Origin: Armatimonadota bacterium
GTDB taxonomy: Bacteria; Armatimonadota; HRBIN16
Reading direction: 5' to 3'
DNA: 64,000 bases
NCBI GenBank assembly: GCA_963677485.1
Contig: OY781964.1
Span: 640,001-704,000, forward strand
The stretch's first letter is position 1, and the number at the start of each line of letters is the position of its first letter. The position numbers were made by a program, and so were the translations under genes. Shown here piece after piece: positions 36,109 through 45,303 of the stretch. Under the pieces are notes generated by a model. That model saw only the letters and a program-made list of their open reading frames with translations, had not been told where the DNA came from and ran no database searches.

Positions 36109-38535
36109 ATGAAACCTGCGATCATTTTGGGGCTGCTTGTGGGCACTTTCTGCGCCAGCCTCTGCTCCGCTGTGCCTTACGATAAGGCAGACCAGCGGGC
36201 CCTGGAATTACTAAACAAGATGACGCTCGAGGAGAAGCTGTCATACATTGGCGGCGGCAACACAGCCCTGGATATCAAGCCGATCCCACGGCTGGGCATC
36301 CCTCAGATCATCATGTCCGATGGTCCCTCAGGCGTACGCTGCTACGGACCAGCAGCCGCTCTTCCAGGCGGGCTTACACTCGCCGCCAGTTGGGACAAGC
36401 AACTTGCGCACGAATACGGGGTGATCATGGGCAAGGAAGCCCGAGCTCGTGGCGTGCATATTATGCTTGGCCCTGGAGTCAACATCACCCGCTCACCCAT
36501 GGCTGGACGCAGCTTTGAGTATTTCGGCGAGGACCCCTACCTTGCCTCAGAGATCACGGTGCCATGGATCAATGGCCTGCAGTCTCAAGAGGTGCTGGCC
36601 ACGGTCAAGCACTTCGCAGCGAACAACCAGGAGTGGGACCGAAATGGTGTCAGCTCTGAGGTCGACGAACGAACATTGCGTGAGATCTACTTTCCAGCTT
36701 TTGAGGCGGCAGTCATACGAGCCCACACCGGATGCGTGATGGACTCCTATAACCTGGTGAACGGAAAACACGCTTCAGAGAACGACTTCCTGCAGAACCA
36801 GGTGCTTAAAAAGGAATGGGGATTCAATGGAATCCTGATGTCTGACTGGGGCGCTGCCCATAGTGCTATCGGATGCGCACTAGGCGGTCTAGACCTGGAG
36901 ATGCCCAGCGGAGCCTTCATGAACGAGGCCAACCTGAAAGAAGCAGTGCTATCGGGGAAGGTGCCCGAGCGTATCATCAACGACAAGGTTCGCCGGATAC
37001 TCCGAACCTGCATCGCTGCGAACTTTTTCGACCGACCCCAAACACTCAGCAACATTCCGAAAGATAATCCCGCCAGCGATGCGTTTGCGCTTAAAGGCGC
37101 ACGCGAAGGTATCGTTCTGTTGAAAAACAGTAAAAACTTCCTGCCGTTGGACAGGAACAAAGTGAAGCAAATCGCCGTGGTTGGTCCCAATGCTCATCCG
37201 GCGGTATTCAGCGGTGGAGGCAGCGGCTACACCTCACCATTCAGAGCTGTCAGCATTTTTGATGGCATCAAGTCGGTGGTTTCTAACAGCTCCACCGTTT
37301 CGTATGCCAGCGCTTCCCTTCCCATCGGCACGGCGGTGATGGAGGTTTTCGACAACAAGCTGCTTGAGGGTAAGCCGGTCTATACCACCAAGGCTGAGGC
37401 AATCGATTACCACTGGACCAACGGTAATGGGCCAGGACTATCCAAGGGTGATAACTTCTCCGTCCGATGGACATTCACTGCCCATCCTAAAAAGACTGGA
37501 GTGTATGAAGTATCCACCAACTCAGACGATGGCGCCCGCGTGTTCGTCAACGGCAAGAAAGTGATCGACAACTGGACTGACCATGCCACTACCCGGGACA
37601 TCGGATCAGCTCGACTTGAGGCGAAGGACAACTTGATCGTCGTCGAATATTACCAAGGCGCTGGTGAGTCCGTCATGCAGTTTGGCTGGCGACCGTTCGT
37701 CACCGCTGATGAGCAGTTGGCTGGACTGGCCAAGATGGACGCAGTGGTGTATTGCGCAGGCCTCAATGACCAGATGGAAGGCGAAGGGCATGACCACGCC
37801 TACGGGTTACCTGCGGCTCAGCTCATGGAAATCCAGAAGATCGCCACGATCAACCCCAATATTATTGTGGTCATCAACAGCGGCTGCGCGATGTCATGGG
37901 ATGGATGGCTCGATAAGGTGCCGGCCGTTCTGCAGGCATGGTATCCAGGTCAGCAGGTTGGCCGTGCGGTGGCTGATATTCTTTTTGGCGATGTGAACCC
38001 TTCGGGTAAGCTGCCTGTCAGCTTTGAAAAGCGCCAACAAGACAACCCCACTTACCCCTACTATAGCATTACCAACAAGCAGACCACCCCGTATACGGAA
38101 GGCATCTTCGTGGGTTACCGCGGATTTGATAAGAAGAACGTCAAGCCGATGTTCCCCTTCGGATATGGGCTGTCATATACCAGTTTCAAGCTGTCAAATA
38201 TGAAGATCACACAGCAAGGAATTGGTGCGGAACGAAAAGTGCTGGTCTCCTGTAAACTCACCAATACGGGGAAGCGCGCCGGTGCGGAGGTGGTTCAGCT
38301 TTACATTGGTGACGCCAAGTGCTCCGTGCCTCGTCCCATTCGCGAACTGAAGGGCTTCGAAAAGAAGCCGCTTGAGCCTGGTAAGAGCACTCAGGTGAGT
38401 TTCACTCTGAGTAAGAGGGACCTGTCTTTCTACGATGTGAAGTCCCATAGCTGGGTAGCCGAACCAGGCTTGTTCAACGTGTATGTTGGCAACAGCTCCC
38501 GCAACCTGCCGCTGCGCGGCTCGTTCAACTGGTAG
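36109..38535 (+). CDS. Secreted GH3 beta-glucosidase with PA14 and Fn3-like domains
   Basis: SDGPSG, GRSFEYFGEDP, VKHFAAN, MSDW, SDDG, FPFGYGLSYT. Confidence 0.95.
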   Translation: MKPAIILGLLVGTFCASLCSAVPYDKADQRALELLNKMTLEEKLSYIGGGNTALDIKPIPRLGIPQIIMSDGPSGVRCYGPAAALPGGLTLAASWDKQLAHEYGVIMGKEARARGVHIMLGPGVNITRSPMAGRSFEYFGEDPYLASEITVPWINGLQSQEVLATVKHFAANNQEWDRNGVSSEVDERTLREIYFPAFEAAVIRAHTGCVMDSYNLVNGKHASENDFLQNQVLKKEWGFNGILMSDWGAAHSAIGCALGGLDLEMPSGAFMNEANLKEAVLSGKVPERIINDKVRRILRTCIAANFFDRPQTLSNIPKDNPASDAFALKGAREGIVLLKNSKNFLPLDRNKVKQIAVVGPNAHPAVFSGGGSGYTSPFRAVSIFDGIKSVVSNSSTVSYASASLPIGTAVMEVFDNKLLEGKPVYTTKAEAIDYHWTNGNGPGLSKGDNFSVRWTFTAHPKKTGVYEVSTNSDDGARVFVNGKKVIDNWTDHATTRDIGSARLEAKDNLIVVEYYQGAGESVMQFGWRPFVTADEQLAGLAKMDAVVYCAGLNDQMEGEGHDHAYGLPAAQLMEIQKIATINPNIIVVINSGCAMSWDGWLDKVPAVLQAWYPGQQVGRAVADILFGDVNPSGKLPVSFEKRQQDNPTYPYYSITNKQTTPYTEGIFVGYRGFDKKNVKPMFPFGYGLSYTSFKLSNMKITQQGIGAERKVLVSCKLTNTGKRAGAEVVQLYIGDAKCSVPRPIRELKGFEKKPLEPGKSTQVSFTLSKRDLSFYDVKSHSWVAEPGLFNVYVGNSSRNLPLRGSFNW

Positions 38536-38550
38536 CCATCGCAGAAACAC

Positions 38551-38580
38551 AAAAAGGCGGGCCTTGCGGCCCGCCTTTTT
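38551..38580. terminator. Bidirectional intrinsic terminator
   Basis: aaaaaggcgggcc-ttgc-ggcccgccttttt between convergent genes. Confidence 0.9.
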
Positions 38581-38599
38581 CGTATCTATCGGTAGCTGG

Positions 38600-40249
38600 C
38601 TATTTAGCCAGAACCGTGGCGATGTCCTGCTCAGGTGTGGTGATGGGCTTGATATCAAACGCATCCACCAGCACTTGAAGCGCAGCCGGTTTGATGAAGG
38701 CCGGCAGGCTCGGTCCAAGCCGGATATCCTTGATACCCAAATGCAGTAGTGTCAGCAGTATCGCGACCGCCTTCTGCTCATACCAACTGAGTATCATGCT
38801 CAACGGTAGCTCATTCACGCTGCAGCCAAACGCCTCACTGAGCGCGACCGCTACGCGGATCGCGGAATAGGCGTCGTTGCACTGCCCCATGTCCAGCAGA
38901 CGCGGGATACCGCCGATATCGCCAAACTCTAGCTTGTTAAACCGGAACTTACCGCAAGCCAGCGTCAAGATCACGCAATCATCGGGGATTTGCTCAGCAA
39001 GCTTGGTGTAGTAGTTGCGGCCAGCACGAGCACCGTCACATCCACCTACCAGGAAGAAGTGCTTGATAGCCCCAGCCTTCACAGCATCAATCACCACATC
39101 AGCCACTCCAAGCACCGCATTGTGGCCAAAGCCCACGGTGATGAACTGCTCAGGTGCATCGGTCGCGAAGCCATCGGCCTCTTGTGCAGCTTTGATCACC
39201 GCACTGAAGTCACGGCCAGCCACATGCTGGACACCGGGGAAAGCCACCATACCGGTAGTAAAGATGCGTCCTTTGTATACAGGTGAGGGATCCTGGATGC
39301 AGTTAGTGGTCATCAGCACCGCGCCGGGGAACAGGCTGAATTCGCGGACTTGTAGCTGCCAGGCTCCGCCATAGTTGCCCACGAGATGCTTATATTTGTT
39401 CAGCTCAGGATAGCCATGTGCAGGCAGCATCTCACCGTGGGTGTAGATGTTGATGCCCATGCCCTCTGTCTGTTCCAGCAGGTCAGCCAGGTCACGCAGA
39501 TCGTGCCCGGAAACCACAATCGCCTTACCCTTCACTGGGGTCACACGAACCTTGGTGGGCACTGGATGGCCATACACGCCGGTGTTAGCAGAATCCAGCA
39601 GCTCCATCACCTTCAGGTTGAGTGCGCCGACTTCCAGCGCGATACCCAGCAGATCATCAGCCGTGGGGTTCGGTGCCATACTGCGGTCGAGAAGTTCGAA
39701 GAACTTCGCGTTCAGTCCAGCATCCTCAGAACCCAGACGAGCGGCATGGTGAGCGTAAGCCGCGGTGCCCTTCAGGCCATACACGCAGGTCTCAACTAGA
39801 CCTGCCAGCACGTCGCCCAGCTTGGCCACACGAGCCTCGATACCGACTTCGGCAACTTGGCTGACGATCTTCTCGATACTGTCCGCAGGCATTACCTCGC
39901 AGATAGCCGGTGCAGGTAACGGCTTCAGACCGGCGTTGACGGCGGCCTTTTCATACAGTGCCCGTGTCTGGTTCCGCAGTTCGGAAAGATCAGCCACCTG
40001 AATGGCCAGCCTCTCGGGGTCGAAACTCACATTGGTCACAGCGGTGAACAATGCGTCGATCAATCCCGCCTGGGCCTCTTTTGATGGAGCCTGCCCTACT
40101 TCGTAAGCCAGACGACCCCAGTGAGCCAGCCCTTCGGCCACTACCATCAGCATATCCTGCATCGCTGCAGTAGTTTCGTCCTTACCGCACACCCCACGCA
40201 CGGTACAAGCCAGGCCATCCTTAGTCTGTTCGCATTGGTAGCAATACAT
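38600..40249 (-). CDS. hcp: Hybrid cluster protein (hydroxylamine reductase)
   Basis: MYCYQCEQT..C...GVCGK, SGHDL, THGEMLP, GGCDG, LACGK, GQCND, SWYEQKA. Confidence 0.98.
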   Translation of the reverse strand: MYCYQCEQTKDGLACTVRGVCGKDETTAAMQDMLMVVAEGLAHWGRLAYEVGQAPSKEAQAGLIDALFTAVTNVSFDPERLAIQVADLSELRNQTRALYEKAAVNAGLKPLPAPAICEVMPADSIEKIVSQVAEVGIEARVAKLGDVLAGLVETCVYGLKGTAAYAHHAARLGSEDAGLNAKFFELLDRSMAPNPTADDLLGIALEVGALNLKVMELLDSANTGVYGHPVPTKVRVTPVKGKAIVVSGHDLRDLADLLEQTEGMGINIYTHGEMLPAHGYPELNKYKHLVGNYGGAWQLQVREFSLFPGAVLMTTNCIQDPSPVYKGRIFTTGMVAFPGVQHVAGRDFSAVIKAAQEADGFATDAPEQFITVGFGHNAVLGVADVVIDAVKAGAIKHFFLVGGCDGARAGRNYYTKLAEQIPDDCVILTLACGKFRFNKLEFGDIGGIPRLLDMGQCNDAYSAIRVAVALSEAFGCSVNELPLSMILSWYEQKAVAILLTLLHLGIKDIRLGPSLPAFIKPAALQVLVDAFDIKPITTPEQDIATVLAK

Positions 40250-40253
40250 GGTA

Positions 40254-40700
40254 TTATCTCTCCTCGAGTGTGGTTAGTTTGTGATTATTGCCAAGTGCTT
40301 CGGGTGACAAAGACACTTGGTCCAGGGTGGTATTTAGAAAGTAGCTGCTTACCTCGCGGTTCACGCGCTGCAGCACATCGCCCATTACGCATTGAGTATG
40401 GCACATCGGACGGCCTAAAAGGCAATCACATAGCTCCATTTCACCCTCAATCGCCTCGTATATATCTAGTAGTCGGATTTGATTGCTCGGTCTGGCCAAG
40501 GTCAGACCACCTTTGGGCCCGCGCTGTCCGTCCAGTAGGCCGGCTTTAACCAGTCTCTGGCACACCTTTGAGAGGTGCGTCTGGCTGACATCCAGTGTCC
40601 GCGCCACTTGAGACATGGCCATGGCATGTTCCTGACGAGCGAGCACGGTCATAGCATGGAGCCCCAGTGATGCGGCTTCGGAAATTCTTAGCAGTCCCAT
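40254..40700 (-). CDS. Rrf2-family transcriptional regulator
   Basis: HLSKV.QRL.KAGL....GPKGG..LA, LLDIYEAIEG, C-terminal Cys cluster. Confidence 0.93.
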   Translation of the reverse strand: MGLLRISEAASLGLHAMTVLARQEHAMAMSQVARTLDVSQTHLSKVCQRLVKAGLLDGQRGPKGGLTLARPSNQIRLLDIYEAIEGEMELCDCLLGRPMCHTQCVMGDVLQRVNREVSSYFLNTTLDQVSLSPEALGNNHKLTTLEER

Positions 40701-40713
40701 ATACACCCCTTTC

Positions 40714-40749
40714 ATATTGTGGTATTACTACTCCATAATACCACAATAT
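40714..40749. promoter_or_regulatory. Perfect 14-8-14 inverted repeat, likely Rrf2 operator
   Basis: atattgtggtatta-ctactcca-taataccacaatat just upstream of rrf2-hcp. Confidence 0.7.
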
Positions 40750-41034
40750 ACGCAGGCTGCAAGTGTTTGGTTATGTATTTTCTGAGAAAACAGGTCCTAT
40801 TTACTCAAATTGTCCTACTCGTCCTACTGGTCCTACCCGCCTTATCTTTGGGAAACACACGACAATTAGGACAATTAGCACCGAAAGTAAAGGATGACGC
40901 GCAGCCCGCCCAATTCACCTCACACACGCGATTCGATTCAATTATGTACAATACAATGGTTGAGTGTGGGTAACCACACCACTGCCAGAGGTGTCTCACT
41001 GTACGGCGTCAGTGCGATACGTTGAGGTGAAAAA

Positions 41035-43512
41035 GTGCAATATCGGAAATTAGTCTTCCCCATCATGTTCTTGAGTTACCTATTTGGGCTCACTGTTGGA
41101 TCACATGCTCAGACCAAACCTGGTCTTGGTACCTACACACCAAATGGCGGAGCCGCGCAAAGCTGGAGCATAGATGACTCACACCGACTGATATGGCAAG
41201 GCACCCCATACACGCCGTCATGTTTTAGTTTCACTCCAGAAAGCACCGTTAAGGGCGCGGCAACCGTGGCGGTCGAAAACGACACAGCCAAGCTGAAGGC
41301 GCTGATCGATGCGGGAGTGGCCTCCATATGGCTCGTGCCGAAAAGCAGCCTGGCAGCAGAAGACCCCGTCGCCTGGCAAAAAATCATCGACCAACTGGAA
41401 GCCTCTTCGGTCACATATGGAATAAGCCTGGGTTCCGATACCCTGGCATTGGCCAATGGCTATTCTGTGGCACCGGGCATCAACCGCATGAGCAATGTCA
41501 ATGCCAACGGCATCGTGACATTCCGTGCGCCGAAAGCCACACGAGCCGTCGTCACCTTTGTAGATCCGCACGACTCATCCGCCGGCCCCATGACCAGTGT
41601 CAAAGTGGACCGCGGTGTGGGACGCTACCCCTTACAAGACACACGCACACCCAACGGTGTGGTGCTCATCTATCCCTTTGGCCCACTTGTCGATGAGCAA
41701 GGCTTATTACCGGACATCTGGGATGATTTCGATCGCTGGCGCGACGAGACCTTGATGGTGCTTCAAAAGATAAAGTTCGGCCCTGGCTTACGCTACTTCA
41801 GCGACCCAATTGGGCAATTTACCCCACCCCTTGACGGAGCAGGCTTGATACCAAACAGCCCGATGTACGCCATCGGATTTGAAGCGTATCTGCGGGAAAA
41901 ATACCAGACCGTTGAGAACCTCATGTCCTCATGGAGCATGAGCGAGCGGGACTTTAACAAATTCGGTGATGCGGCACAGCATATTCCATTATGGTGGGGC
42001 ACTAAAGGCCTGAAGTCGATTTGGAATGTCCAAACCAACACATCTCGGCGCGTTGAAGTCAATACTTGCACCATTTGGAGCGACATCAACGGCTATCTGC
42101 AGGTGTCCCTGCGTCAAGCTCAGGACCGTATGGCCTCCATGCTGCACACACAGATCGCAGATGTGCCTGTGCTGGCCAACTGGAAAACACCCGCGAACAG
42201 TTATGTCAACTTGCTGCAACCGACCATAGTGGATGGGCTTATCGTGATCAACACCACGGATGACCGCAACGAAACTGCGAAATCCGTAGCCTACGCCACC
42301 GGACAGGCCAGCGAGAACGTTCGCCCTTATATGTTGTTCCTGGCACAGCCTCCTATGAAGTCGCCGCAGGTGGCGCTCAGCGATCAGACCGCGGCGATAC
42401 CTTTGTATGCATCGGCTGGAGCCAGAGGGTTGATTTGGAGCGGATTAAATGCACCTTCATCAACCGACGTGCAGACATTGAAGAACGCGATGACCCAAAA
42501 CGAAGCGATTCTCGGAACCACCCCTCGTCTTCTCTACTACCCTCGTGAGGCGGAACCCTTCATCGTTCGTAACCAGCTTCCAGGAAGCATCTGGTGGGTG
42601 CCGACGGTCCGTGAAGGCAGCATCGTGGATGTAGGGCCCAACTACCGATCTTATACGATGAAGAGTAACCAGGGCGATGCCCAGGTAATGTGGAGCACCA
42701 CAGAACCACGCAAGACCACGTTCAAACTGCAGGAACCGCGACAGATTAGCATCACCGATGCCGCTGGTTCCGCACAGCAATTTAACCAAAAAGGAAAAGA
42801 CTTCACAGTATTAGTAGATACCTCTCCCTCGGTGTTTCGTGGAGCCGGGATCATCGTGCCGCAGGAATCAGTGCAAGATATCATGATGGAACTGGCCAGG
42901 TTATTGAAGGTCGCCCAGGATCGGAAACTCGACCAGCAAAACGCGAAATACCGCTTGAACCAGGCGCAAGACAACCTGAAAAACGGCCAGATTCTCACAG
43001 CCTATCTGATGGCCAGCTCCACTGTAAATGAGCTGATGAATCAGTTATCTAACTACCTGTGGTTTGAAGCTGAAAACGCCAAAGATACCAACTTTGATGA
43101 CGGCCGTGCTGGGGCTTGGGCGTCTGGCGGCAGCACGCTGCGCTTGAACAACCCCAATGACCCGCAAGCGCGCGGCTACTATGTGCGATACGAGCTGCCT
43201 ATTGCGATGGATGGGCAGTATCACATCTGGATATCGCGGCGTATCAACAACAGCTCACCGCTGGAGTGGACAGTTGATGATGCCGCCCCTGTGCCGGTTA
43301 ACAACGTGCAGCCCGTAGGCACCTATGCCAACGGCTTTGGATGGTATCAACTGGGCACGGTCCGTCTGGCACCCGGGAAGCACAGTGTAGAGATACGCGT
43401 CACCAAACGAGTCGGTGCTTCAGATACCAACTACTGTGCTGAGCTAGACTCTATGTTCATCACACCTGACCCAATCATACCAAACGGGCAACACCGCCCC
43501 ACTGTGGAGTAG
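41035..43512 (+). CDS. Large secreted hypothetical protein (glycosidase-like N-part, C-terminal CBM-like domain)
   Basis: Signal peptide; WFEAE...GWYQLGTVRLAPGKH beta-sandwich. Confidence 0.65.
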   Translation: MQYRKLVFPIMFLSYLFGLTVGSHAQTKPGLGTYTPNGGAAQSWSIDDSHRLIWQGTPYTPSCFSFTPESTVKGAATVAVENDTAKLKALIDAGVASIWLVPKSSLAAEDPVAWQKIIDQLEASSVTYGISLGSDTLALANGYSVAPGINRMSNVNANGIVTFRAPKATRAVVTFVDPHDSSAGPMTSVKVDRGVGRYPLQDTRTPNGVVLIYPFGPLVDEQGLLPDIWDDFDRWRDETLMVLQKIKFGPGLRYFSDPIGQFTPPLDGAGLIPNSPMYAIGFEAYLREKYQTVENLMSSWSMSERDFNKFGDAAQHIPLWWGTKGLKSIWNVQTNTSRRVEVNTCTIWSDINGYLQVSLRQAQDRMASMLHTQIADVPVLANWKTPANSYVNLLQPTIVDGLIVINTTDDRNETAKSVAYATGQASENVRPYMLFLAQPPMKSPQVALSDQTAAIPLYASAGARGLIWSGLNAPSSTDVQTLKNAMTQNEAILGTTPRLLYYPREAEPFIVRNQLPGSIWWVPTVREGSIVDVGPNYRSYTMKSNQGDAQVMWSTTEPRKTTFKLQEPRQISITDAAGSAQQFNQKGKDFTVLVDTSPSVFRGAGIIVPQESVQDIMMELARLLKVAQDRKLDQQNAKYRLNQAQDNLKNGQILTAYLMASSTVNELMNQLSNYLWFEAENAKDTNFDDGRAGAWASGGSTLRLNNPNDPQARGYYVRYELPIAMDGQYHIWISRRINNSSPLEWTVDDAAPVPVNNVQPVGTYANGFGWYQLGTVRLAPGKHSVEIRVTKRVGASDTNYCAELDSMFITPDPIIPNGQHRPTVE

Positions 43513-43513
43513 C

Positions 43514-44341
43514 TTGCCTGATATGACATTGCCTAAAAAGGAATCGACGACCGTCCGTTTTTTTCGTTCAATAAGAGCGGCATTTGGCCAACTTTTTGAG
43601 TTTCTGGGATACACAACCCTCAGCAGTTTTGTGTGGTACCTGCTATTTGGCCTTTCAGGGTTACTCCAGATATGGCTCTACCGCAACGAACTGGGCTACC
43701 AGGAGTATGCATTCACAGCCATCGCTTGCGGTCTTGTCTCGGTCGGCTTAATGGGCATCATGTGGGGCTGCAACTGTGCCATCACTCGGGAAATCGCCGA
43801 ACATGATATCCCCAGCTTTGGCCTGTACAAAGAGGTCTTCAAGAAGGCCGCCTGGAACAGCCTTCTGCTGGGCCTGCTGCAGGGGTTTGTGTTCCTGGTT
43901 TCATTCGCAGGAATGATCTTCTACTGGATGATGGCCGCGATGGCATTCAAACTTGTGGCTATTGTCTGCTTTTACATCATGCTGATGTGGGCCGCAGCCT
44001 GCATCTACCAGCACCCGCTGCTGATTGAGCACCTGTATGGGGCTTACCAGGGAGAACCGCGGAAGCGCGGTCTGCTGCCCACCATCGTGCAGCGATCTGT
44101 CTATATGATGATGGCTAACCTGCCCTACAGCTTTGCAGCTCTCACCAGTCTTCTCGTGTGGACTGCCCTTTGCGTGGCCACCATCCTCCCCATGGTGCTG
44201 TTCTACCAGGTGGGAGCCGCCGCTTTCGCTACAATATGGACGCGTAAACTGCTGATGAGGTACGATGTTATCACAGACACAGAACTGACCGCAGAACAAG
44301 AGATATCGTCAAAGCCTAATCAAGATCGGAGAAGCCGTTAA
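43514..44341 (+). CDS. Integral membrane protein
   Basis: 5-6 hydrophobic helices; operonic. Confidence 0.75.
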   Translation: MPDMTLPKKESTTVRFFRSIRAAFGQLFEFLGYTTLSSFVWYLLFGLSGLLQIWLYRNELGYQEYAFTAIACGLVSVGLMGIMWGCNCAITREIAEHDIPSFGLYKEVFKKAAWNSLLLGLLQGFVFLVSFAGMIFYWMMAAMAFKLVAIVCFYIMLMWAAACIYQHPLLIEHLYGAYQGEPRKRGLLPTIVQRSVYMMMANLPYSFAALTSLLVWTALCVATILPMVLFYQVGAAAFATIWTRKLLMRYDVITDTELTAEQEISSKPNQDRRSR

Positions 44342-45283
44342 ATGCCCGACATCACCTGTATAGGAATCCTCGTTGCGGATGTGGTAGGATTGCCCATCGA
44401 CCAAATGCCGGATCGAGGCAAGTTAAGCCTCGTGGACCGCATGGAGCTCCATTCGGGCGGCTGTGCAGCCAATACCGGCATCAGTCTGGCTAAGATTGGC
44501 ATCAACACCGCTGTGATCGGCAGTGTTGGACAGGATGGTTTCGGTGACTTCATGGTCAACACGATGGCGAAGAACGGCATTGATCCGACTGGTATTCACC
44601 GCGACCAGAGCCAGGCCACCAGTGCCACGATGGTGATGGTACACAGCGATGGCGAACGCACCTTTATACACTATCTGGGAGCCAACGCCACCTTCTGCGA
44701 GCACGACATCGATATGAGCATCGTGAATAGCAGTAAGCTGGTGCATATCGCAGGTTCGCTGTTGATGCCCACATTCGACGGGGAGCAGACCGCCACCGTG
44801 TTGAAGAAAGCCAAACAGGCGGGCGTGCTGACAAGCCTGGACACTTGCTGGGACAGCAAGGGCCGCTGGATGGAGCTGATCGCCCCCAGTCTGCCCTACT
44901 TGGATTACATCGTGCCCAGCATCGAAGAGGCTAAAATGCTCACGGGTAAGACTCAACCGGATGATATCGCAAAAGTGCTGATGGACGCCGGCGTGGGATG
45001 TGTAGCCCTGAAGATGGGCAGCGATGGCTGTTATGTTCGCACCGCCACCCAAGAAGTGCGTGTGCCCCGCTTCACCGTCACGGCGATTGACGCCCTGGGA
45101 GCGGGCGACTCCTTTGCTGCCGGCTTCCTTGCCGGTGTCATCAAAGGCTGGGACATGGAACAGACCGCCACCTTCGCCAATGCCGTGGGGGCCTGCTGCG
45201 TAATGGCAGTCGGTGCCACCACCGGCATACGCAACATGGAAGACACACTGCAGTTCATACAAGACTATAAAGCCACGGCTTAA
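44342..45283 (+). CDS. PfkB-family carbohydrate kinase
   Basis: GGCAANT, G.VGQDGFG, DALGAGDSFAAG. Confidence 0.95.
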   Translation: MPDITCIGILVADVVGLPIDQMPDRGKLSLVDRMELHSGGCAANTGISLAKIGINTAVIGSVGQDGFGDFMVNTMAKNGIDPTGIHRDQSQATSATMVMVHSDGERTFIHYLGANATFCEHDIDMSIVNSSKLVHIAGSLLMPTFDGEQTATVLKKAKQAGVLTSLDTCWDSKGRWMELIAPSLPYLDYIVPSIEEAKMLTGKTQPDDIAKVLMDAGVGCVALKMGSDGCYVRTATQEVRVPRFTVTAIDALGAGDSFAAGFLAGVIKGWDMEQTATFANAVGACCVMAVGATTGIRNMEDTLQFIQDYKATA

Positions 45284-45303
45284 CATAAGGACCACCTGAC
45301 TAA

